Shown: in pieces, positions 29,252 to 39,447 of the stretch | Numbering within the stretch: position 1 is the first letter of the stretch | How the letters are laid out: every line of letters starts with the position of its first letter | IMG/VR virus record: IMGVR_UViG_3300049509_000001 | Location: 1-62,186 of that record | Length of the DNA: 62,186 nucleotides | DNA from: a virus | Lineage: Duplodnaviria; Caudoviricetes | Reading direction: 5' to 3' (one strand) | The notes under the pieces: generated by a model | What the model was told of the DNA's origin: nothing | What the model saw: only the letters and a program-made list of their open reading frames with translations | Database searches by the model: none | Program-made: the position numbers and the translations under genes

Positions 29252-29769
29252 TGGCAGAAAATGGACCGTGGGATTCAGCGATAACCCAACAATTCATCCA
29301 GCCACTGATTGACAACTTAATCGCAGTATTACAAGCAGGCGAAACGGCAATTCACACGGAAGTCAACGGCGATGAGCCAATGCCGCCTTACGTGGTCTGG
29401 CGCATAAGTCGATGGGTTAACCCGAACTTTCCGGCGTGTAGCGTTATTCCGAGGCGAACGCGAACGGTAAAGGACGAAGACGGGAAAATCGTTGGTGAAA
29501 CTCATGGGATTGAAATCTTGATTGAGGATGTTGGGAAAGACCCCGATGACTTAGCCCGCTCGGTGATGAAGAGAGTAGCAGCCGCGCACATTATTATCGA
29601 ACGCGCGCCACTCTCGGCCTTATTCAACGGCTTTGTTCCTTCGAGAAGTCAACTGCCCTACTGGGACATTGATCACGATTACGCGGCCTTCTTTAACGAG
29701 AGCAAGTCAACCTACAAACAGAACGGAAGCTTGATCATTACGTTCACCGGACTGATGGAGAAAACCTAA
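29248..29769 (+). CDS. putative tail terminator
   Basis: FPAC motif, position before the tail tube gene. Confidence 0.5.
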   Translation: MMAENGPWDSAITQQFIQPLIDNLIAVLQAGETAIHTEVNGDEPMPPYVVWRISRWVNPNFPACSVIPRRTRTVKDEDGKIVGETHGIEILIEDVGKDPDDLARSVMKRVAAAHIIIERAPLSALFNGFVPSRSQLPYWDIDHDYAAFFNESKSTYKQNGSLIITFTGLMEKT

Positions 29770-29770
29770 A

Positions 29771-30181
29771 ATGGCTGAAGAAACCACTAATCTGCCAAAT
29801 CCGCCAAACATTACAGGGGCAAAGAAGACATCTGCCCAGCGCCTCGCGGAACGCTTTGGCAAAGAAGATCCAAAAGTCTTACAACGGCGGGGCATTGACC
29901 CTGAAACCTATGAGCGTAAGGCTGTCACTTACAAAGGGTTGATGGATGAATTCGGAAAGCCTGTTGGTCCACGCCTCTACAACGATATTGCGGTGGCGGC
30001 GTTTGGCGGCGTCCCGTCAAACCGGGCTGACCTTTCTATCATGACGCTTCAGGATGAGTACATCATGCCGCGCGGGCGCGATGAATCAGACGAGGCGTTC
30101 GATGCCCGTATGCAGAAGCATCGTGCACGACGGGCGAAGGTCGAAAAGCTGATCGCTGAAGCCGAAGGGGGTACTAATTAA
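29771..30181 (+). CDS. hypothetical protein
   Basis: ORF coupled to the tail tube gene. Confidence 0.6.
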   Translation: MAEETTNLPNPPNITGAKKTSAQRLAERFGKEDPKVLQRRGIDPETYERKAVTYKGLMDEFGKPVGPRLYNDIAVAAFGGVPSNRADLSIMTLQDEYIMPRGRDESDEAFDARMQKHRARRAKVEKLIAEAEGGTN

Positions 30182-30801
30182 TGGCTGGTCTAGCTAATGG
30201 GTGGGATACCACCGAACTACATCGAGGATTTGGGCAGTTATGGGTTGGCTTGGCTCTCCCCGCAACCGATGCCGTGATGGTCTTGGACACTGCAACCGGT
30301 AATCCAGATTCGACCGCCAATCCAAATGGATTCTCAGTCGGTTACACAAACGAGGGATGGGAGTTTTCCACGTCACCAACGTTTGATGAAATCCGTGTTG
30401 ATGAAGAAGAGGACCCGGTCAGCGATTTTATCACTGCAAATGAAACCACTATTTCGGGAGCCATGCGGCAAGTAAAGAACCTTGAGCGGCTTTCGTTCAT
30501 GGTCCCTGGTAGCGTTTACACCGCCCCGGCGGGAACCCCGACGCAGATCGAAAAAGTCACTGGAGGCGGCGCGGCAACATTCGACTATTTCACCGCTGCG
30601 CTGATTTGGCCGGATTCCGATGATGATGCAGTTCACTGGTGGGTGATGCTCTATCGTTGCCTCAATCGTGGTGGTATCACGATGGGCCTTGGACGCACAA
30701 AAGACTCCGCCGTCATCGTTACATTGACGGGCCGCGCTCTTTCAACACGAACTGCCGGCGACAGAGTTTTCGCAATCGTTAGACGCGAAATCGTGGCTTA
30801 A
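30181..30801 (+). CDS. major tail tube protein
   Basis: VGYTNEGWEF...I.VDEE.DP pattern of siphovirus tail tubes. Confidence 0.8.
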   Translation: MAGLANGWDTTELHRGFGQLWVGLALPATDAVMVLDTATGNPDSTANPNGFSVGYTNEGWEFSTSPTFDEIRVDEEEDPVSDFITANETTISGAMRQVKNLERLSFMVPGSVYTAPAGTPTQIEKVTGGGAATFDYFTAALIWPDSDDDAVHWWVMLYRCLNRGGITMGLGRTKDSAVIVTLTGRALSTRTAGDRVFAIVRREIVA

Positions 30802-30838
30802 TGCTTTAACCCTTTAACTTTAGTTGCCAAACAATTAG

Positions 30839-30883
30839 TGCCGCCGGCGTCCTGAAAAGGATTTGCTTGGCGGCATACTTTTT
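30839..30883 (+). terminator. hairpin/attenuator after tail tube gene
   Basis: TGCCGCC/GGCGGCA outer stem, TCCT-GAAA-AGGA inner stem, followed by TACTTTTT. Confidence 0.55.
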
Positions 30884-30895
30884 AGAGGAGAGACA

Positions 30896-31456
30896 ATGAC
30901 AGAACAATTGAAAGTAACCAGTCCAGAAGAGTACGCAGAGAAGGCTCGTGAGGCGAACGCCAACGAGTCAGCGGGGTTCCTTCATAAGCTAAAGAAGACG
31001 GGCGCTGTAGTTCGCCTTCGTCATGTTGACATGGAAGCGTTGGCCGTGGTTGGTGCCCTGCCGATGTCGCTCGTCAGAGCGGTCACTGGGGATATTGAAG
31101 AAGTCAACCAAAAGATCGAAGCCGCAAAGAAGAAAATGCCATCGCCAGAAGAGATCGAGGAAGGCAACAATAACTTGATCTTCATCAGGCAAATGGTGGT
31201 TGAGAATTGCCTTGAGCCTACGATCCGTTATTTCGAAGGCGTTGGGGTTTTCTTCGTCAATAAGGCGGGGAAACAGGTTTCGCGCGTAGACAAAGACGAC
31301 TTCATGGAGATGTTCGCAGTTATCAGCGGGCAGGAGGGCGCGGATGGCCTAGACTCCTTTCGTAACCGAGCGGAAAGACGAGCATCTGCTAGTAAGTCTC
31401 GCGGCAAGAGACTTCGGTCTGGACCCGTGGGAGTTAATGAGGGGCAACCCGCGTAG
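30896..31456 (+). CDS. tail assembly chaperone (G)
   Basis: Between tail tube and tape measure genes; GAGGAG SD before ATG 30896. Confidence 0.75.
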   Translation: MTEQLKVTSPEEYAEKAREANANESAGFLHKLKKTGAVVRLRHVDMEALAVVGALPMSLVRAVTGDIEEVNQKIEAAKKKMPSPEEIEEGNNNLIFIRQMVVENCLEPTIRYFEGVGVFFVNKAGKQVSRVDKDDFMEMFAVISGQEGADGLDSFRNRAERRASASKSRGKRLRSGPVGVNEGQPA

Positions 31457-31655
31457 GCTTAACTTCGACCTCTCTTGCGCGGCAGTGTTGCAAAAATACG
31501 ATCTTGAGCGGGACGAATCGCAGCGGAAATTCCACGCAGCGGTAATGGGGGCCGAATTCAAGGACGATTTCCCGAAGACCGGCAATCCGATGTCTTCTAA
31601 TGGGCAAAAGCGAACGATGACCCAAGAGGACATCATGCGGAACTACGGCAAATAG
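31353..31655 (+). CDS. tail assembly chaperone frameshift extension (T)
   Basis: +1 frame open from 31353 to the stop just before the tape measure ATG; TCC-TTT-CGT at 31355-31363. Confidence 0.65.
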   Translation, partial: TPFVTERKDEHLLVSLAARDFGLDPWELMRGNPRRLNFDLSCAAVLQKYDLERDESQRKFHAAVMGAEFKDDFPKTGNPMSSNGQKRTMTQEDIMRNYGK

Positions 31656-34600
31656 ATGGCTGATCCCCTACGTCTTCTCTTCGAGTTAGATATTGACAGC
31701 CGTGCGGGTACGGCTGTACTTCTCCGTTACCGTAAGGACATCGCTGCCACTATCGAAGCAACGCGACGCGCAATAACCCAACCATTAAAAAGCCTCAATA
31801 CTGCACCTATCACAGCGGCGGCAAAAGCCTCTTCCGCCGCACAAGAAAAAGAGCAACGTAGACTCAATAGCGCGGTCCAGTCGCTACAGCGACAAAGATC
31901 CGCGGCCATCATTCGCGGCTTTAAGGATGAAGAAAGGGCCGCGGTAGCAAGTGCTCGGACGCAGGAAAAAGCAGCACAGCAGGCGGCAAGAGCCCAAGAG
32001 CGTGCGGCACAGCAAGCAAGCCGCGCCATCTCAAGCGCTTTCCGGGGCATTGGTCCAGGTCTTCAATCAATCGGGCGCACGCTCACCGTTGGAATTACAG
32101 CGCCGCTACTGGCGCTCGGGCTGGCGTCACTCAAGAGCGCAAAAGACCTTGACGCCAACGTAAATACACTGAAAGCATTTACAGGGAGCGCGGAGGCGGC
32201 TGAGCGCCGATTGGCAGAACTGATTAAAACTGCGCGAGGGACGCCCGGGCTTACTACAAACCTTGCTTTAACTCTCGACGCCCAACTGCGCGTCGCAAAG
32301 ACCACGCAGGAAACCATTGATCGTGTGTTGCCAGCCATTGGTCGATTAAACGCTGTCTCAAAACTCCCTGATCCGGGCCGCTTCGTTGACAACCTAAAGC
32401 AACTTGTCACACAAAACTTTGAAAAGCAGGATTTGAAAGAACTCGTGGGCCAAAGTCCACTTGCGGGCCAACTTCTTACTGAAATCTTCAACGTCGATTC
32501 TCCGACCAACGCAAAAGCCATCAAAGAGCAGGCAAAGAAACTTGGACTCACGAGCGTTGATGCGTTCTTTAACGCTTTTGCAGACGCCGCCGCAAAGAAC
32601 CAAGGACTAGCAAACGTTACTGAGTCGATCGGTACGCGGTTCGATAAGGTGGTTGACCGCGTGACGGTGGCTCTCAGACCGCTCGGGCTGGCGATTCTGA
32701 AGGCTATAGAGCCCTTTGTCGAGCCCGTTGCTAATCTAATTGAGCGTCTTGGTGCTGCCTTCGATTCTCTTTCCGAACCAGTTAAGACAGCCATTATCGT
32801 GATTGCGGGGATAGCCGCGGCTGCTGGTCCTGTCTTGTTTGTGTTGGGTGGCTTGGCAACAGGAATCACGGCTGTGGTTTCCGCTATCGGGACTATCGCA
32901 GCGGCGGTTGCGGCGGTTGGCCTTCCGGCGATCGCTGCCGCAGTCGGCGGGATTATCGTCCTTGTCGGTGAATGGGCTGTGATTCTCGCGGCGTTAGGTC
33001 TGGCGTGGAAAACAAACTTCCTAAGCATTCGCGAGTTAGTCTCGGACGCGGGATCAGCCGTGGTTGAGGCGTTCACGCGCATCAAGGCGATCATTGATGA
33101 AGCAACACAGCGAATTCTTCCGACACTGCAGTCAATTACAACGAAGGTTTTAGCAATTATTACCGCAGTTTGGGAGAGGTACGGAAAAGCAGTGGTGGCC
33201 GTTGTGGGAACAGCCTTCAGGTTCATCTTATCCGTTACAGAAAACTTCCTAAAAAACTTCACGGATTTTGTGGACCTTGTTTTGAAGTTGGTAGACGGTG
33301 ATTGGCAAGGTGCGTGGTCGGCGTTTTCACGAATCGTTATCCGGGCGGTTGAACAGGTTGAGTTCGTCTTAGTGAGACTTAATGCCATCGTCCTGACTGC
33401 ATTTCTTAAACTGAATCAACTCATAGTGCGCGAGGGAGTCAGGTTTGCAATAGCCGCTGAAATTCTGGCCGTAAAGTTTATCGCTGCTTTCGTGTCTGCC
33501 CTACTCAAAGCAGACAAGGTTATTCGGGCCGCACTGATCGATGCGTTGGTTTTGGCTGTGCAGGGCCTTGATGCCACGGCTATTGGCGCAGTTTTAGTAG
33601 GCAAACTTCTGGCAGCCATGCGCAAGGCAGCAGCGCAAGGGGTTACCGTGCCCGTCAGCGTCGAGCCGACCGTAGGGGCCGATGTTGGAATCGGAGAGGG
33701 CATACTGCGAAAGAAACAGCGGCCCACAACCAGCGACACTGACGGAAAAGGTAAAGGCGCCGACGCAGAGACACGACGCCGCATACGCTTGCTTGAACTT
33801 GAGGCAGAGCGTACAGAGGCTATCAATCGTCAGAACATTGAGGCAGAACGCCTTCGTTTCGAACTGCGCGACAAGTCACTCAAGCAAACCACAGATGACG
33901 AGATCCGGCTTGAACAGGAGATATTAGAGAAAAAGCGCAAGGTCTTTGCTGCGGAACTACTCGAAGCGAAGAAGTTAGGCAAGGGGCGAGAGTTAGCAGA
34001 AAAGGAAATCAATCTCAAGTCACTACAGGCTGAGACCGAGTTTCACAACAAGGTAAATCAACTCCGAGTTAATCAACAAAAAGAGGAAGAGCGGGCGGCT
34101 ATTGAGCACCGCCAAAAACTCCTGGACATTCAGGAGCAAGGTGACTCACGGGAGATTGCACGTCTTGAGGAGCTGTCGCGCACTGGAGGTATCACCGCAT
34201 TCGAGCGGGAAACGCGAAGGGCCGAGATCGAAGCTGAAGCCCGTCGTCGCCGTAAGGGCGAACTCGAAAAGCAATTACAGGAAACAAAGGAAAACAAGGA
34301 AGAGCGCGGGCGCATTCAGGATGAACTCGATCAGTTCATTGAAGATTCAGCTACAGCCACTGAGGAAGCAGAGCGCAGGAAACGCGATGCACTTCAAGAA
34401 ACCGTTAGAGCCTTCAACAACTACAAGCGAGCAATCACCGATGCGATTGCCGAGACTAACGCCGCAATCAGAGAGATCGTTCGCATTGCCTTGGAGCGAC
34501 CTGAAGCGGCTTTCAATCTTGGGCGGCAACGGATAGTCAAAGCGCAGTTCAAACTACGGCAACAGGAACTCGAAGATGATCGCAAGGCCGCTAAACAACG

Positions 34601-35678
34601 GATCGATGAAGAAGAGCAAGACGCTATTGATCGGGCCAAGTTGACGGGCGACTTCGAGCGCAGACGGGCGGAGATCGAGAAGACATTCAGAGACAGGCGT
34701 CGTTCTGAGGAGTTACGGTTCAAGGCCGAACGCCGTGCGCTTCAAGAGGAAGAGCAAAAAGAACTAGAACGGGTTAACCCTAATTCCACTCGTTCACTTT
34801 TCGGCGAGACTTTTGCGGATGCAGCCAACGCCATTCGCGAGGCCGCGCGGTCAGCAGGGGAGGCAGTATCAAGCCTGACCGTTATCCTCGGGAGCTTTGG
34901 GGCCGCAGCCGCTGAACACTTTGCTAACGCTTCGGCGCAGGCCGGCAATTTCATCTCCACACTACTCGAAGGTATTGACAACATAGTCGTCGGGTTGGGC
35001 GATATGCTCGCGAATTGGGTGCTCTTGGGCGAGACCGGTGCTGCGGCATTCCGCAAACTGATCGCTTCGACGCTTGCCTACTACGCACGAACCTTTCTGA
35101 TCAAGGCACTCGACAATATCGGCGAAGGATTCTCAAATCTCGCAAAGGCGAGTGCGGCAGCCGCTTCAGGTAACTTAGTCTCCGCAGCGCTATATAAAGC
35201 CGCCGCAGTGCAGAATTTTATCTCTGCGGCTAAGTACGGAATTGCGAGTGCTGCCACAGCCGTTGCGGGCCGTTTCGCGGCGGGAGACTCGTTTAAGCAA
35301 AAGGATACAGCCAGGCGCGCAGTTAACGGAGGTGAAGAACCTCAGCCAAGGAATCAAACATTCAACTTTGGTGGAGGCGGGCCGGTTGAGTCATCTTCAC
35401 AGGCCGCTCGGGACGGATCAGGTAGCATCCTTGGCCGTTTGGTTGGGCGGATAGAAGGGCTCCAGCAACAAACCCTTGATTTGCAACGCCAGCAGATGCT
35501 GATTCAGGGACAAACCGCTCAAGCACTCAACCGGATTCAGTCGATGCGACATGGTGACGCACTGGCTATAGGTACGGAAGAAAACCCATCAGCGGTTTCG
35601 CGTGCCGTGGTCAATCAGTCAAATTCCGATGCTGAGTTTAACGAACAAATGCAACGTAACTTGGGATTTGCGCGATGA
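31656..35678 (+). CDS. tape measure protein
   Basis: 1340 aa, Ala-rich helical, central hydrophobic segments, GDWQGAW motif, coiled coils. Confidence 0.92.
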   Translation: MADPLRLLFELDIDSRAGTAVLLRYRKDIAATIEATRRAITQPLKSLNTAPITAAAKASSAAQEKEQRRLNSAVQSLQRQRSAAIIRGFKDEERAAVASARTQEKAAQQAARAQERAAQQASRAISSAFRGIGPGLQSIGRTLTVGITAPLLALGLASLKSAKDLDANVNTLKAFTGSAEAAERRLAELIKTARGTPGLTTNLALTLDAQLRVAKTTQETIDRVLPAIGRLNAVSKLPDPGRFVDNLKQLVTQNFEKQDLKELVGQSPLAGQLLTEIFNVDSPTNAKAIKEQAKKLGLTSVDAFFNAFADAAAKNQGLANVTESIGTRFDKVVDRVTVALRPLGLAILKAIEPFVEPVANLIERLGAAFDSLSEPVKTAIIVIAGIAAAAGPVLFVLGGLATGITAVVSAIGTIAAAVAAVGLPAIAAAVGGIIVLVGEWAVILAALGLAWKTNFLSIRELVSDAGSAVVEAFTRIKAIIDEATQRILPTLQSITTKVLAIITAVWERYGKAVVAVVGTAFRFILSVTENFLKNFTDFVDLVLKLVDGDWQGAWSAFSRIVIRAVEQVEFVLVRLNAIVLTAFLKLNQLIVREGVRFAIAAEILAVKFIAAFVSALLKADKVIRAALIDALVLAVQGLDATAIGAVLVGKLLAAMRKAAAQGVTVPVSVEPTVGADVGIGEGILRKKQRPTTSDTDGKGKGADAETRRRIRLLELEAERTEAINRQNIEAERLRFELRDKSLKQTTDDEIRLEQEILEKKRKVFAAELLEAKKLGKGRELAEKEINLKSLQAETEFHNKVNQLRVNQQKEEERAAIEHRQKLLDIQEQGDSREIARLEELSRTGGITAFERETRRAEIEAEARRRRKGELEKQLQETKENKEERGRIQDELDQFIEDSATATEEAERRKRDALQETVRAFNNYKRAITDAIAETNAAIREIVRIALERPEAAFNLGRQRIVKAQFKLRQQELEDDRKAAKQRIDEEEQDAIDRAKLTGDFERRRAEIEKTFRDRRRSEELRFKAERRALQEEEQKELERVNPNSTRSLFGETFADAANAIREAARSAGEAVSSLTVILGSFGAAAAEHFANASAQAGNFISTLLEGIDNIVVGLGDMLANWVLLGETGAAAFRKLIASTLAYYARTFLIKALDNIGEGFSNLAKASAAAASGNLVSAALYKAAAVQNFISAAKYGIASAATAVAGRFAAGDSFKQKDTARRAVNGGEEPQPRNQTFNFGGGGPVESSSQAARDGSGSILGRLVGRIEGLQQQTLDLQRQQMLIQGQTAQALNRIQSMRHGDALAIGTEENPSAVSRAVVNQSNSDAEFNEQMQRNLGFAR

Positions 35679-36127
35679 CACTGCCTACTGACGACTTCGA
35701 AACACTGATCTACCGCGGGCACTTCCACGTCTCGGAAGAGTTAGATTTCTCAGGCTCAATTCTCTCTGCGGGTATGGGCTGGGGATATCAGGACGCAGAT
35801 ACGTTTTTCCCGCCGCTGCGTAACTGCTTGCTCTCCTACCCGACACTGCATCGGGACGCGATGATCGAAGTTGAGGAAGATGTTTTCAAGAATCGCCTTG
35901 ACTATTTGTGGGACTTCTATGAGGTGCATAAAACGGCAGCAAACGAACCATTTCTAATGAAGTCAGTAAAGGACGGTAAGTGGTTCTTATGGCGCTTTGC
36001 AGATGACAAGCTTACCTACGAACTGCTTGATCTTTACATGGCATCGTCAGGGTTAAAACTAGAACAAGCCCATGTGCGGGGCGTAACACCTGATAACGCA
36101 GATGGGAGCTTTGATGAGGAAGGGTGA
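35675..36127 (+). CDS. putative distal tail protein
   Basis: Follows the tape measure gene; WDFY..HK...EPF pattern. Confidence 0.55.
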   Translation: MTLPTDDFETLIYRGHFHVSEELDFSGSILSAGMGWGYQDADTFFPPLRNCLLSYPTLHRDAMIEVEEDVFKNRLDYLWDFYEVHKTAANEPFLMKSVKDGKWFLWRFADDKLTYELLDLYMASSGLKLEQAHVRGVTPDNADGSFDEEG

Positions 36128-36129
36128 GT

Positions 36130-36372
36130 TTATAGGACGGCAGGAGTCCGCACCGCTGGATCAGCATCAAGTGCTTGCTTCAGAGCTCGGATGTTCTGGG
36201 CGGCTTGGGCGGGGCTCGTCTCGATTATCTGCGCGGTCTCTTCATATGCGCGCAAAAGGAGCGAATACGTGAACTCTTCGTATAGACGCGAAGTGTCAGC
36301 CCCTTGCGCCTGGGCCACGGAGACGAGATTTGCCAAGCCAGCACAATTTTGCTTTATCTCTTCATTCGTCAT
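36130..36372 (-). CDS. antisense small hypothetical protein with own promoter
   Basis: MTNEEIKQNC... fills the gap between tail genes; TATAAT 7 nt before ATG 36372. Confidence 0.6.
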   Translation of the reverse strand: MTNEEIKQNCAGLANLVSVAQAQGADTSRLYEEFTYSLLLRAYEETAQIIETSPAQAAQNIRALKQALDADPAVRTPAVL

Positions 36373-36389
36373 GCGGGGCATTATAGCCG

Positions 36390-39300
36390 ATGCCTGAGCA
36401 TTCAGCACCAATCCTTGAGAAGATTTCCGATCTGCAAGCCCTTCCCGCAGGTGAGCGTAGGCCTGCTGAAATAGTAGTAATCTTCTGGCCTTCCCCGACA
36501 GGCATGAAAGTCTACGCCTCGGCTATGTACACCGAGCATCCCTGGTGGCCTGACCTCGCAGCGGCCATTGAAACGGAGTTCGGCGATGAGATCCCTATCA
36601 CGCTCACGCTGATACCGGACGGACGCACACCTTTTAATGACTTACCGCGCACGGCGTCTGTCTCTGACGATTCAATCAGCCTTACCTTCTCCGATCTTGA
36701 CGACGAATTCTCTGATCTGCTAATGGACTTCGGCGAGGGCATCCGCTTGGAAGTTTTCGGATATTGGCCGGCAGTTGATCTGCTTCTGAGCATGTGGCGC
36801 GGCATCCTCTCTGCTCCAAAGGACATGAACCGATCGCAGGTGAAGGTATCGGCGGTCGCGGGCTGGCGCTCTCCTCAGATGCTTGTACCGCGACGTCCGC
36901 ACGCGACATCTTGCACGTTTATCTTCGGTGCTCATTACGCCACTCAAGCCGAGATAGACCAAGCGAAGGGTTGTCCCTACAATGCTCATCTAACTGAACT
37001 CGAGCGTGGCGGAGCGCCGTTGATTGGTGTGCCGGGTTTCACTGACTGCCCGCGTCGTGTTAAGGCGGATTGTTCCGAGCGCTTGACAGAACCTGACACG
37101 GCAACTCCTACAGAGAACTTTTGGCCAGGCTTCGAAACGCGCGCCGATCCGATCCCTAACAACCAAACCAAAGGTCCAAATCTACTTGCCAGATCCTACG
37201 GCAATGAATCGAACTTAAACGATCCAATTCGAGTGATTGCCGGGGAGCGTTACATCAAGGCGCTCAACTTACTCGCTTTCCGCAACGAAACAGACACCAA
37301 CCACCCTGAAGATGGCTTTGGGGCCGCACTTTTCGAGGCCAGCGAAGGCCCGAATCTCGCAATGTGGGAGTTTCGCATCAACGGTGAACTTGTTGGGGCA
37401 GAACATCTACAGATCAGACTCGGCGAGTTAGGGCAGATTCCTTCCGATTGGTCCCCGGACGTTAATAGTTACTCAGGGACAGCACACTGTTACGGACGCA
37501 TTCAGGGCGAATTTGATGATGCTACGGCTTCGGACTACTCAGGCAGCATCCGAGCACTCGGAGCGAAGGACGTAAGGGTTTATTCAGATCCGGATACTTA
37601 CGTTGAGGGCTACACTACAAACCGCGCATGGTGGCTGCTACACATTCTTGCCCATCTCCGTTGGGGTTACGGGCAAGACTATCCTAGATACGACATTCAG
37701 AGCGTTATTGACACGGCGGCGTGGTGCGACGAAACAGTCTCAGTCACCGATCCAAATGGCAATGTCTTCTCTGGCATCCGGTCAACTTTCAACGCGGAAG
37801 TAACTGCTCGAGCTATTCAGCAGCAAGTAAAAGATATCTGCACAGCCGGCAGGATAGGACTTCCTTTCGAGTTCAACGGTAAAGATGTCTTTGTGCCGCT
37901 CAGGGCAGAAGACACAAGCGATCCCGATATCCCGGCATTCACTGATGAGGGGGCAAGCCGGAACATTATTTACGATGGCGCGATCTCTTCTCTTCAGTGG
38001 AACTATATTTCGGATGACACGCTCACAAACCAGTGGACAGTCAACTTTGAAGATGCCTCAAACAGTGGGGTTGATACGCAGCTAGTTTTTGGAGATCAAC
38101 CGCAGCAGTTGAGAGCAGGCAGGGCATGGGGCGATCGCTCAAAGCGCGTCCTCAATAAATCACAATCAGCATTCGGGATAACCAATGCGGACGAAGCCGC
38201 GCGTTTCGGCCTGTCTCTTTTGTTTCTTGGGCCTTTAGACTCGGGCGGCATTCTCAATCCGTGGAGCGTGAAGTTCTCAACCTGGTACACCCACGCTTTT
38301 CGCGTCCAAAACTACAAACTCATTCGCGTGCAGAATGCAAAGTTGCAGTCAAAGATCGCTGCCTACTTCGCTGCTCGCGGCCTGTCGCCTTATCCCGGTG
38401 CCGACTTCACCTATTTTCGAGTAACGAAGTATACCCGCAAGGGAAACCTGCAAGTCGATATCGAGGCGCAGCTCTACGCTACCTTCGAAGAGGTTCCCTA
38501 CACGCCAACATGCGAGACTTCCCTGCTTGCTCCGGTCGTGTGGGGCGAGCTCAGCAACATTGAAGAGACAGACGACGGCGAACTGATACGCGATGGCGGT
38601 ACGCCTGGCACCAATGATTCATGGGCGCGGAGCGAGTTCCTGGTTGACGGTGACTCTTGCGCACGATGGGAGATTCGAACCTTCTTTGATCGGCCAGAAA
38701 CGAATAACGATATCTATTTCGTGATCGAAGATGAATTAGGCGGGGCCAATAAGTACGGCTGGCATCTGACGAACGAAACAGTTGACTTCCGCATGGGTGC
38801 ACGCCACGGCGTAACACAGGATTTTGAAGTTTATTACGGACCGCAGGGCGTTGATAATCTCAATCAAGTTGGCTACAACGTGGGGTTCCGGTTCGGGATT
38901 CACTACGACAACGGCACGGTGACACTGTACAGAAATCAGCAGTGGGCCACGAACACTGATACTCTCGTGGAGCCCTCGTCCTTTTCAGGTCTTGACACTA
39001 CGAAGCAGTGGCGCTTGCGCGTCTTCATTTTCTCAGCCTCGGGAGTTGCGACACCAGCGTTTGAGACGAATGGCAGTCTGGTGGGCGGCATTGGAGCACC
39101 GCGGGACTTTCGTGCCACGGTGAACGCGGCGACAGGGCTGGTTCAACTCTCATGGTCGCCGCCGTTGATAGGGCCAGAACTTGTAACGGGCTATCACATT
39201 CGGCAAGGCAGCACAACGATCATGACCCCGGCACTAGTTTACAGCTATTCCCTCACACTCACGCCGGGGACGTACACATATCGAGTACGAGGCGAAGGCG

Positions 39301-39443
39301 ACGGTCCTATCTTTGGAGCGAATGCTTATGTGACGTTTACGGTACCGGAGGCACCAATTACTGGCGCGGACCTCTTTGTGATTGACGACTTAACACTTGA
39401 AAATGTTTTTGACGACCTGACTATTGAGCAGGTAACGGTATAA
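36390..39443 (+). CDS. tail tip/hub (host-specificity J-like) protein with C-terminal FN3
   Basis: Cys cluster (CTFIFG..CPY..CPR...C), TNRAWWL, AAWCDE, FN3 motif APRDF...LSWSPP...GYHI...YTYRVR. Confidence 0.8.
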   Translation: MPEHSAPILEKISDLQALPAGERRPAEIVVIFWPSPTGMKVYASAMYTEHPWWPDLAAAIETEFGDEIPITLTLIPDGRTPFNDLPRTASVSDDSISLTFSDLDDEFSDLLMDFGEGIRLEVFGYWPAVDLLLSMWRGILSAPKDMNRSQVKVSAVAGWRSPQMLVPRRPHATSCTFIFGAHYATQAEIDQAKGCPYNAHLTELERGGAPLIGVPGFTDCPRRVKADCSERLTEPDTATPTENFWPGFETRADPIPNNQTKGPNLLARSYGNESNLNDPIRVIAGERYIKALNLLAFRNETDTNHPEDGFGAALFEASEGPNLAMWEFRINGELVGAEHLQIRLGELGQIPSDWSPDVNSYSGTAHCYGRIQGEFDDATASDYSGSIRALGAKDVRVYSDPDTYVEGYTTNRAWWLLHILAHLRWGYGQDYPRYDIQSVIDTAAWCDETVSVTDPNGNVFSGIRSTFNAEVTARAIQQQVKDICTAGRIGLPFEFNGKDVFVPLRAEDTSDPDIPAFTDEGASRNIIYDGAISSLQWNYISDDTLTNQWTVNFEDASNSGVDTQLVFGDQPQQLRAGRAWGDRSKRVLNKSQSAFGITNADEAARFGLSLLFLGPLDSGGILNPWSVKFSTWYTHAFRVQNYKLIRVQNAKLQSKIAAYFAARGLSPYPGADFTYFRVTKYTRKGNLQVDIEAQLYATFEEVPYTPTCETSLLAPVVWGELSNIEETDDGELIRDGGTPGTNDSWARSEFLVDGDSCARWEIRTFFDRPETNNDIYFVIEDELGGANKYGWHLTNETVDFRMGARHGVTQDFEVYYGPQGVDNLNQVGYNVGFRFGIHYDNGTVTLYRNQQWATNTDTLVEPSSFSGLDTTKQWRLRVFIFSASGVATPAFETNGSLVGGIGAPRDFRATVNAATGLVQLSWSPPLIGPELVTGYHIRQGSTTIMTPALVYSYSLTLTPGTYTYRVRGEGDGPIFGANAYVTFTVPEAPITGADLFVIDDLTLENVFDDLTIEQVTV

Positions 39444-39447
39444 ATTT

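Noticed and set aside
32063-33388. 441-aa antisense ORF within the tape measure gene
   Set aside because: Shadow frame caused by Ala/Val/Leu-rich codons on the sense strand
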